A stretch of 64,000 nucleotides of DNA from Macrostomum lignano. Taxonomy: Eukaryota. Below the pieces are notes generated by a model. It was not told the DNA's origin and ran no database searches. It saw nothing but the letters and a program-made list of their open reading frames with translations. Position numbers and translations under genes: made by a program. The stretch covers positions 264,236-328,235 of the forward strand of contig NIVC01001253.1 of NCBI GenBank assembly GCA_002269645.1. The letters are read 5' to 3'. The stretch's first letter is position 1; each line of letters starts with the position of its first letter. This document shows positions 54,383 to 64,000 of this stretch, piece by piece.

Positions 54383-55240
54383 CGCTGGCCACCTCAGCAG
54401 GCACAGCGGCAAACTTTAGCAGGCGACACAGCCGGCTCGATGGCGTGAAGGCGCAGCCCAGGCAGTCATGACTGCTTTGGCAGACTGAAACGCACTCAAT
54501 AACGCTATAGGCTGTAGTGTCGAAGTGGGTGATGGAGCTGTTGGAGGCTGAGATGCTCGGCATTGACGCTACAGCCAGCTTCTTCATAGCAGGACTACCT
54601 GCGAAAGGGGTGTTTACAAGATTTTTTTAAGCTTGGCACTACACGATTGCATTTCGATAGGCATTGCCACAATAATTCAGTTCAGCTGCAAAAATTACAT
54701 GAACAAAATCACAAGCATAACTAAGAATAAAGACATTTGACTTCTGAAAGTCGGGTGCCACTTCTTTTACATCTTTTTAAATGTACTTAGAGAAAGTTTG
54801 CAGTGGGTAAACTTCGTACTTGGTTGGTAGCTGATTTCGTAGATTGAATTTCTGTATGCTCCACCGCACACCTGTGACGAGTTTCCAGTGCAGACAGATC
54901 TGCACTGACTCTCAGGAGCGGCACCGTGCGAGCCGTAAGCGGAACCGCAGCAGCAGAATTCTCCAGCCTGAACACCGAAGTAGCGGAACCGACCGTAGGC
55001 GCAGATTTGGCTGCACAGCTCCAGCGTCATGACGGTACTGTTTACGAATTCCGGGGTTCCAGAATGAGTTCGGTGCGGGCCGACAGCTGTGACTCCTTGC
55101 AGGCCGGTTAAGTCCCTGTTACCACTAACGCCGTCCTTATAGCAACCGATGTAGCGAAATCTCAGAGGCTGTGTATGAACAGAAGCTTCAATGGTCGACC
55201 ACAGCAGCAGAAATTCGACAATGAAACTCCTTGGATTCAT
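54354..55240 (-). CDS. Secreted WSC + PAN/apple-like domain protein, 221 aa (paralogue C, intact)
   Basis: Exons 55240-54820 and 54598-54354 (phase 1). Signal peptide MNPRSFIVEFLLLWSTIEA; WSC YIGCY...MTLELCSQIC...YFGVQAGEFCCCG...C...C.GNSSQVCGG; exon 2 SVIECVSVCQSSHDCLGCAFTPSSRLCRLL is a PAN/apple-type Cys pattern. Confidence 0.85.
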
Positions 55241-55444
55241 GGCTTCCGAATCGGTAAAGAATGTTAGAAACAGACAAACTGTGCGGCAGTTCAATTTATT
55301 GTTTTTATGTTTTTCTGTTTCTCTCCCCCTCTGTCTTCCTAAGCCAAACTTTCGTCATTGGCTCCAAGAATTCAGACGATGCTCGCTGGTTGGAAGCAGT
55401 TTTTTCAGATGTCACTTGCTTACAGATTACTTCAGGTTCTTGTC

Positions 55445-55700
55445 CCGCGTCTTTACACATTCCGTCGACTCCCCTGAGCAGGCACAGAAGCGCGCTGATA
55501 CGTAGGCGTAACTTTATTTATCGTTAGGCATGTACACTTCACTGTGCCTTGGGGGGTTGGCCCTCAATGGCGTTAATTGCATGTGTAGCAGAGCCAAGCC
55601 GAGATTCCAATTTAGCCTCAAATTATAATGTGACTGCACTGGGAATCGAGCTTGGGCCTCTACTAGCTGGCACATCAGACCAGTGGGCTGCTACTGTCCT
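55445..55700 (-). mobile_element. Copy of the same SINE upstream of WSC paralogue C
   Basis: Reverse complement closely matches 36120-36345 (gctcgattccc.gtgcagtcacatt...cctaacgataaaataaagtt...gtgcctgctcaggggagt). Confidence 0.75.
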
Positions 55701-56419
55701 AATTACACACATTTCCGCTACCGGAAACTACTGTTAGTAGCGTAAAAGCAAATCCATCCCGTTCCTAATTCATGCCCTATTACACTAGCTAAGTCTAAAA
55801 AAAGGCAGATGATACGACTTTGAAAGCATTTTCAAATCACATATTGTCAGAAATATCTAGTTATGCCAAATGAAATATCGATTTGGTTTTTAGAGAAAAT
55901 CAGCTGAAAGTCTGCATCGCTGTTCAGTACATTGTCGCCGAAGGCACTCGAAGTATCATTTAGCCCATGCTGCTGTTCTTGGGCATCGTTGAGCCAAGCA
56001 TTGAGTGACAAGTAGATCAGAGATTAACAATGGCAAAGAACAGAAGCACACAGGTGTCAAAGAGTCTTTCGGCTGCGATTTTTCGTAGTTTTTTTTTAAC
56101 TAAAGTTCCCAAGGCTTTTGGTAGAAGTTGACAGGTGACAATTAATTTTTCATGAGAATCGCGCAGACAGAATAACTGCAAAAAATTATTTTCTAGAATT
56201 CCTTAGCAGATTTGCACTGCACGCAAATTTTAGAAAAAAATTAACAAAATAATGAAAATTTCAGTTGACATGCTCAGTCAAAGACTTCTCATCTGACTAT
56301 ATTTTGCTCGATTGCAAATTGAAATAATTTAAAAACATGTCTTGTGACAGGCTAGGAAAAGTAGAGTAAAGTGGCTTTGCTTTCGGTCACTTTGAGTAGC
56401 ATTGGTACTCCCATGTCAG

Positions 56420-56692
56420 CCTCACAAACCCATTCAGCCTCACAGCTTCATCTAGAACCACTCAGCCTCACAGCTTCATCCAGACCCATTCAGCCTCACA
56501 GCTTCATCTAGAACCACTCAGCCTCACAGCTTCATCCAGACCCATTCAGCCTCACAGCTTCATCTAGAACCACTCAGCCTCACAGCTTCATCTAGAACCA
56601 CTCAGCCTCACAGCTTCATCTAGAACCACTCAGCCTCACAGCTTCATCCAGACCTACTCAGCCTCACAGCTTCATCCAGACCCACCCAGCTT
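56420..56692. repeat. 28-bp array at the 3' end of WSC paralogue D
   Basis: Same unit on the minus strand, about 9 copies. Confidence 0.93.
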
Positions 56693-57434
56693 CACTGGCC
56701 ACCTCAGCCGGCACAGCGGCGAACTTCAGCAGGCGGCACATCCGACTTGATGTCGCGAAGGTGCAGCCCACTCAGTCCTGGCTGAGGTGGCAGGCCATCA
56801 TCAGGCACTGGATTTCCGTCATGGCACTAACACTGCGGTAGATGTTGGAGCTGCTGGAAGCCGAGATTCTCGGCATTGACACTACAGCCAGCTTCTTCAT
56901 CCAAGGACCAACTGGTGAATGTAAAGGTTTTAATCAGGTGTAAATGGTTTCTGCAAGTGTCTAAGACAGTGAAATATATAAAACTGGAAGCAATAAGCTA
57001 CAAAAGCTCACTGGCAGTGTAGCTGATTTTGTAGATCGAGTTTTTGAAATATCCACCACACAGCTGGGATGAGTTACCAGAGCAGGCAGAGCTGCACTGA
57101 CTCTCAGGAGCTGCACCGGACGAGCCGTAGGCGAAACCACAGCTGCAGTACCTTCGGGCCTGATCACCAAAGTAGCGGAACCAGCCGTAGGCGCAGATTT
57201 GGCTACACAGTTCCAGAGTCATTGCATTGCTACTAACAAATTTGGATACCTTTTCCAGCGCTGCATAAGGACCGAAAGCAGTGACTCATTGTAGACCGGT
57301 TAAGTCTTTGCTTGATGTAATGCTGTCTTTGTAGCAACCGACGTAGCGGAATGTCAGAGGGGCACGGTAGTCTCAGTGGTGGTCCACAGAAGCAGAAAGC
57401 CAATGATGAGGCTCTTCAGAAGCATGGTTTTCAT
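56664..57434 (-). pseudogene. WSC-PAN paralogue D, pseudogene
   Basis: Exons 57434-57012 and 56911-56664; frameshift after the signal peptide, TGA in GLQ*VTAFG, second TGA in SQD*VGC. Confidence 0.85.
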
Positions 57435-57574
57435 GCTGATAAAAAACTCCAGTTGCAGTTGTACTTACCTTAACGAGCTATAATCTGTTGCGGTATATTT
57501 GTACATATAAATCATAAAATGCTACTGTAAGTAAAGTAACACAGACACGCGCAGCAAAACTTAAACTATGAACC

Positions 57575-57690
57575 ATGTTTACTATTTATAACGAAAAGAT
57601 GAATCATGTTACTATTTATAACAAAAAGATAAATCATTTTTCTATCTATAACGAAAAGATTAATCACGTTACTATCTATATCTCGCAAAA
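57575..57690. repeat. About 32-bp AT-rich repeat x3-4
   Basis: TTTACTATTTATAACGAAAAGATGAATCATG variants. Confidence 0.7.
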
Positions 57691-58350
57691 ATTGTGATAT
57701 AAATACAAACGAAAAATCCGAGTTGAAATCCCCGACTCGGAGCAGCTTCAAGAGAACTTGAGACCAACCAAGAACTACGAGGCTACATCTCTGAGAGAAG
57801 TGTGTGACCGATCGGAAAGCCTTTGTCAAAGCTTTTGTTCTTTGATTATTGAGAGCTGAGTCATTGCCGGCCGTAATTGATTATTTGATTACTATTGAGT
57901 TATTGAATTTTAGGCCTCCCTATTCCTAATGGATTGAATAGGATCCAATGGACCGATTCCGATACTTCTAGACGATTTTTGATTTGAGTGATTTCGGTAC
58001 CCTATTGTAACCGATAGGGGCACACGACTCCGATGCCGTAGTTTCTAGAAGACGCTCTTTTTGAAGGATTTCGTTATTGAGTTGATTTTATTACAATTGG
58101 GCGCATCCCGGATATCTCTGATTGCTGATCATAAGGTATGTATTAACGTCGACGGATTTAAGTGTTACGGCGTGCTGTCAAGCTCAGCCGACTTCAGGAA
58201 ACTCTGGAGGAAAACTACTTCGAGGAGACGAGCTCGACGAATCTGCCCGATAAGAAGAGGAGCTCGCGACAGTAATGATCACTTATAGATTCTGTGCCCA
58301 GACTTGCGGTCTGGAAGTGAGAGTTCGTGTGTTTAGACAACTAGACTTAA

Positions 58351-58381
<31 letters not shown>

Positions 58382-59149
58382 GCTTTCTCTCTCGTTTTCT
58401 CTCTGTCTTTCCCTCTCTTTCCAGTGTGGTAAGCGAACTCTTTAGATTCATAGTTTGGAAACAAAGCATAATGCTACATGTAAGCGTTTTTTTCAAATGA
58501 ATTGGAGGGCCGTATACATATTAAAGAACTATGGGAAATTCGGGATTACCGTGAATTGGTAGGTTGTTCCGATACGAGTATAGGCGTTGGAACCATCAAA
58601 CATAGAAGTAACTAAAGGCAAAGATGTTGAGTGAGTAATCCAATAGTTTAGAAGTAGGGGAATCTTTAGAAGAATGGCTTGGTGAAGTTTACGTTAATAA
58701 AACCTTGAATTTCAGCGATTAATCTTTGATTCTTCAAAATTTAAATTGCAGCGTTCGGGAACGGTTCTGCTAGCAGCAGGTACATGCACCAATTATCAGG
58801 TCAGGTACGTTTTCTTTGGAGAAGTATTTGTAGCTCGAATTGCGTAGAATGCTTACTTAAATTGCATCGAACCGAAGTTGTGTAACTACGAGCGTAGTAC
58901 GTGTACAGTGAAGTCAAATGCGAAGCTTTTTGGGATTGCTGCTACGTATGGCCAGCCTCACAAAATACCTTAAATAACGTCATACGCGAGCCGAAACATT
59001 AAATGCGTTTACCTTAGACCCGTAGGAATATTTTTGTTTTATTTAAATCGTCATCGATACAAGCGACTAAGTCAGCGGTGAGTCTCCTAATGACTTGTTC
59101 CGTTCAGAAGAGATAAGTCTTCGGTCACTTCTACTCCCTCACCAAAGTT

Positions 59150-59375
59150 ACTTCCGGCATTAGCCGGTAGATTTCGACCACCGACTGGAACAACGCCACC
59201 CTGTGATGGTCAGGTAGGGACTCAGATTGCAGGACTGCCCTCATCGAAAGAAATAAGTCAGCCCAGGTAAACCCGCGGTGAACGTCGGCACAAAGTCGCA
59301 AGCCCCGATGTCAAGCGGCACGTAGAGCACGATGGTGTTGACCACCAGGCCGATACTCGCCGCAACGAAATATGC
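59150..59375 (-). mobile_element. RTE-like LINE fragment, same family as 40305
   Basis: VAASIGLVVNT and MRAVLQSESLPDHHRVALFQSVVE in shifted frames. Confidence 0.65.
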
Positions 59376-59819
59376 TAGCCGAAAAAAATTCTTTACGAAA
59401 TTTAGCGAGCAAAGCAACCGTTAAGGAAGTATAAAATATACTCCGTTTATTTATTTGTTTATCTTAATCAGAATGAGGTGCAGCCAAGGCCAAAGAAACA
59501 AGTTTGAAGTCGTTTTGCATATCTAAAAATGAATAAATTAAGAATATAGCTAATAATATTTTTCCATTTCTTGGCCTGGCCAAGTGGAGTTCAATCAAAT
59601 GATGTGATAAACAGTCACCGAAAGCAAACTTGATGTTGTTCTATATATGCTTATGAAAATTTATTAAAAACAGGTTAGTTTGGCGAAACTATATTTTGAT
59701 TTTTTATGACGTTCTCAGGATATTCTGATATGTTAGTATGCAATTTGAAGAGCATCTTTAATGTCTTTTCTATAAAAATGCATCCTAGTAAAATTCCAGC
59801 AAACTCCATACACCTGCAG

Positions 59820-60410
59820 CAACAGCAACAGCCGAGGAGCTCAAGGGCCTCATTCGCTGTGCTACTCGGGTCACAGCTATTACCATACAGTGGATCCCGG
59901 GGCACGTGGGCGTCGACGGCAATGAGCTGGCCGATCGGGAGGCCAAACGGGCCACGGGCCTGCCGCAACAGCACGTTCCGCTAGCGCTAGCCGCGTCCAA
60001 GAGTCTGCTGCGCAGGTCCGTCCGGTACCAGCCCGTCCTGGAGGGACATCTGAACGATGTCTATTCGGGGAGCCTTACCTACCATGACGGCCCCAGAAAT
60101 CAGAGGGTCCTCGTCTCGCAAGTCCGTGCAGGCCACTGTCCGGCGTCGGCTTATTATAAGAAGCGCATCAGGACGACCGACGACGCCGCCTGCAGGCTGT
60201 GCGGGGACGAGGTGACCCAGTTCTCTGATCCTGATCCTGATCCTGATCTGTCCAGTCCTGGACTCGACTCGCCGCATGCACAGAGTGCAAAACCTCAGCG
60301 ACCTGGCCGATGGTCACGCGGTGGCGCGGCTCCTGGGTGCCCTCAATTGGGTCCCCATCTGATGGAGCCGCACTCCGCTAACAACAACAACAACAACAAC
60401 AGCAACAGCC
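59820..60410 (+). mobile_element. 5'-truncated RNase H-bearing non-LTR retrotransposon (I/Ingi/Nimb-like) with (CAA)n tail and 14-bp TSD
   Basis: QWIPGHVGVDGNELADREAK (RNase H C-terminus), SQVRAGHC...CRLCGDE (Cys motif), tail (AAC)n; CAACAGCAACAGCC at 59820-59833 and 60397-60410. Confidence 0.88.
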
Positions 60411-61215
60411 TGTCCGGATGTCGCAGACGACCTCAACTGTCAAAGACAGTTAAATTAAAATGTCCGCACTCAATGGAGAGTCGATTCCTCTTCTGGCTCA
60501 TTAAATAGCTTCAGTCGTCAGAAACTCATCTTCCCGATTGGCAAAATAAAACGAGATAACTGTATTTGGTAGTGTTAGAAAAGCTGAAATTTTTCTTACA
60601 GAGAAAAATCTACAGTAGCTCATTCAAACAATCAAACAGGCCACATAATCTGCACCGAGTCGCACTGTCTACATCCGGGTGCAGGAGGTGCCGCTGCTGC
60701 TGACGCCAGCGCCCTGGAATCTGTCAGCTTTCCCGAAAAGCTTTTAGATTTCAGCAGAACAAACAAGATGTCATCAGATTAGGGGTGAAAAAAGATGTTA
60801 GCTCCAGTTTTGAATTTGTTTGCAATGCTGGCTATTTCTGCTTTGTCAACTTCGTTCTAAATCGCAAAAGCTTCAAGGCGCCATGGGTAGCCAGGCAGCT
60901 TCTTGAGCTCACGCCCCTCCTGGGTCTGCATTCGCTGCAGGAAAACAATTCGTGCAGTGACCGAAAGGGAGCTACAGCTGGTTCAGCCTCCCCTGAGTCC
61001 ACAACACTGACTGATCTGCATGCCATTAGCAGAGCTGCATTAATCCACCCACCTCGAATTTTCGCTTAAATACGGTGCGAAATCACAGGTAGAGCATCGC
61101 ATGTAAATGCTTATCAGGCCAAAACTGAAGCCGCGATTGCAAAAAAATAAGCAGTGAGATAGGAACTGTCTGCTGACTGAAGTTTTCGCTGAAAAAAACC
61201 CGAATCATATCCGTC

Positions 61216-62124
61216 ATGAAGGCTGGGTGGCAGCTCACCGCCTTTCTGCTGACCTGGGCGAGTCTTGAAGGCTGCCTGGCTGCTGCGCCTCCGCAGCCTC
61301 TGGGATTTCGCTACATCGGTTGCTATAATGATTTAGTTGTCAGGGACTTAAAAGGCCTGCAAGGACTCAAAACCTTTGGCCCGCACCGAACTGATTCTGG
61401 AGAGCCGGCCTTCGTACGCAGTGCCGCCATGACGCTGGAGCTGTGCAGCCAAATCTGCGCCTATGGTCGGTTCCGCTATTTCGGTGTTCAGGCGGGATCA
61501 CACTGCTGCTGCGGCTCCGCCTACGGCTCGCACGGTGCCGCCCCTGAGAGTCAGTGCAGATCTGTCTGCGCTGGTAACTCGTCACAGTGTGTGCGGTGGA
61601 GCCTACAGAAATTCAATCTACGAAATCAACTACCAACCATGTAAGACATAATAGGTGAAATTGTTACCTATTTAGCGTGTTTCTTAAATTTTAATCAAAT
61701 GATAACACATAGCGGAGTCACTTTTAAATTTTCCATTTCCTTACATCTAAATGTACTTTCTCGTAGAGTTCAAAAACTAAATTTATTCGTTAGTTTCGTT
61801 TGTTTATACTAATCTACTTTAAAGTTGCCATGAAACTTGCAAAACATGTTTTCTGCCAAATCCTTACATTGATCTGCAGTTGGACAGTTTCTGACGATGC
61901 TGCCTTCAGCGTCCACACTGAACATCTCGGCTACGAGCAGCTCCGTTACCCACCACAGCATTGCTGCAAGGACAGACATCCAGTGCCTGATGGCCTGCCA
62001 CCTCAGCCAGGACTGCCTGGGCTGCGCCTTTGCGACATCGAGCCGGATGTGCCACCTGCTGAAATTTGCCGCTGTGCCCGCTGAGGTGGCCAGGGAGGCT
62101 GAGTGGGTCTGGATGAAGCTGTGA
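61216..62124 (+). pseudogene. WSC-PAN paralogue E, intact except one +1 frameshift (young pseudogene or consensus error)
   Basis: Exons 61216-61640 and 61880-62124. cagtgtgtgcggt replaces caggtgtgcggt near 61585; exon 1 is 425 nt where phase 1 needs 424. Confidence 0.75.
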
Positions 62125-64000
62125 GGCGAGTGGGTCTGGATACCCTGGAACCCTGAACTGTTTCGTTTTGTCACTGATTTTAATACCCTGATGTGCTGAG
62201 CTGAAAACTTTGCTGAGTGCAGCTCCCTGACTCCAATATATTGTTCCTTTGAATTGGAAACAGTGGCTTCTTAGGGCTTTGACACCTGGGAAAGCTTGCG
62301 CCGTTGATTTGGCAATTAATATTTACTTCCGAGCTGCAAACAAGAAATCCTGGCGTTTTACTTACTGTTCGGGCTAGCAAATCCAATCTGAAACTTCTCT
62401 GCAGGGGTCTTCGAACTTTTAAATAAGCTTTAAATAAGTGCAATAGGGCATTTAATTTCGTCATCGGGAGAGTCTGGTGTGGTTGGCGCTGCGGTAATAA
62501 ATTATATTTCTTCCGGTTGACAAAATATCATTGGTTCGCCAGTTGCAGCTAGTCTTTGCCGTCCTCATAGGCAGAAACTAAGAGAGCCCGTCCATGGGGC
62601 ATGGCTTATTCTCCATCTTCATCTCGGTTCTTCGATTCGAAACAAAATGATCCATATTGAGGAACGAGCGTCAGCATTGGCTTGTAGACCACTTTGGCGC
62701 ACTGTTGAAACTACTGGAACTCAAAGGGGCCGTCCAAAGAGCAACTCAGCCGGCCTCTTACCTCGCCACAGATAGGAGTCTACTAGTATTAATAGTCAAA
62801 AGTACATGCAGCGTTTTTTTACCATTGATCCAAAAATTCAGGATATGCGGATAAACCTCACCTGCTGTCTTACTTGGTGGCATTAATGGGATGCGCTCGT
62901 AGATTAATTAGGAACTAATAAGACACCTGTAACACTATTTTATGTTACTATTGTAATGAAATTATTTGTAGTGCAACCCCGGTCGTGGCCCTCACAGCCC
63001 ACAAATCCAACAGACTAAACTCAAGCAGCGTGATAGGGGGGGGGGTCTTGCAGAGCAGTCTTTAACGAGGTATTATCCACACCCTTGGTTCCCACCCCTT
63101 TGTATCTCTTTGTTCCACCTCAATTCTATCCAAAAATGACGCCACTTTAACAATTTGTGATTATTCACAACTTTCACACCTCGACTCGCTGGAAATGGAT
63201 TGAACGTGGATATAGAGCACAAAGGACCAATGTCCTAAGTGAAGTTTCCTAATACAAGTGCAAATCCTTGTCTCAGATGGGCTTGCAGTAGACTGTGAAA
63301 TTGATTAGAAATTTACATACATATACACTATTATGTCAAGGCTTATGGGGGAATTGCTAAGATGCCAAGGTTTACAGCTGGGGGGAATTGTTGAGACGTC
63401 AATGCTTACAGCTGGGGGAATTACTGAGATGTCAAGGCTTTATGGAGGAATTGCTAATATGTGCAGGCTTACTCCAGACTCCAGAGTAACTAGAGTTTGC
63501 GACCTGGATGCCAGTGCCAGACCACCAGGAGATCATGCTCATCACTGGCAAAAGTGTGAGCGAACTGTTAAGCGCTACTTATCGAGGCGTCGTGATCGCA
63601 GTTTGTATCGGGCATCTCTGGCTGTGGATCGGGCGCAGGAAATCATCCTGCAGTTTCCGAAACTAATGAGATTGATAAGTTAGCTCGTCCAACCACAATA
63701 AGCGACGCTACGTTGGAGGAATGTGTGGATGTTTTTCATTCCAGACCAACGGTACACTACGTGTGCAGGCTGCTCCGTCAAAGAAGATGAAAGTGGACCA
63801 TTGGCGGCAGTCGCAATCTGATCGATATTCTTTTTGAGTGACGTTTCTGTGTAGGCCTGGTATTCACTGATTATCATACCATTTATTCGTTGAACAGTTT
63901 CCCAGCGTTTTGCTAGCATCGAGAAATAAAACTTACCCTTGTGTTATTGTTTAAATTGCCGTTGGGTGCTAATGTCCAAAATGACATTAATGACATCCCA

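Noticed and set aside
57915-58025. Two short hairpins (CCTATTC..GAATAGG, CCCTAT..ATAGGG)
   Set aside because: Too short and isolated to call a Helitron end or ncRNA.
63333-63919. ORFs at the window end
   Set aside because: The first overlaps a degenerate repeat; neither shows a motif I recognise. Left unassigned.

Overview
Eukaryotic (animal) genomic DNA. GC-rich Ser/Ala/Gln-laden exons, minisatellite-filled introns, a WSC-domain expansion and an RTE-like LINE family suggest a free-living flatworm such as Macrostomum (inference, not verified). Genes reconstructed by hand from GT-AG sites and frame continuity: (1) the 5' part of a teneurin on the minus strand (8 exons, 29857 to 566, running off the window); (2) an intronless, secreted Tyr/Gly/Lys/Asp heptad-repeat protein (31190-32113); (3) MOSPD1 (2 exons); (4) ZBBX (8 exons, plus strand); (5) five signal peptide-WSC-PAN/apple paralogues (50.7-62.1 kb), only one with an intact frame. 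Also present: about 30 unrelated tandem arrays, a tRNA-headed SINE family, two LINE families, a 2.3-kb TIR element, a hAT-type MITE and a CpG-void, TpA-rich domain at 37.8-42.9 kb. Most ORFs in the supplied track are shadows of tandem repeats. Best leads: the eggshell/adhesive-like Tyr-rich protein; minisatellites grown out of splice donors and a stop codon; arrays whose monomers are textbook transcription-factor motifs; the WSC-PAN birth-and-death cluster; CG-to-TA mutation; loss of the dimerising cysteine in teneurin EGF2. Repeat boundaries and copy numbers are estimates by eye.
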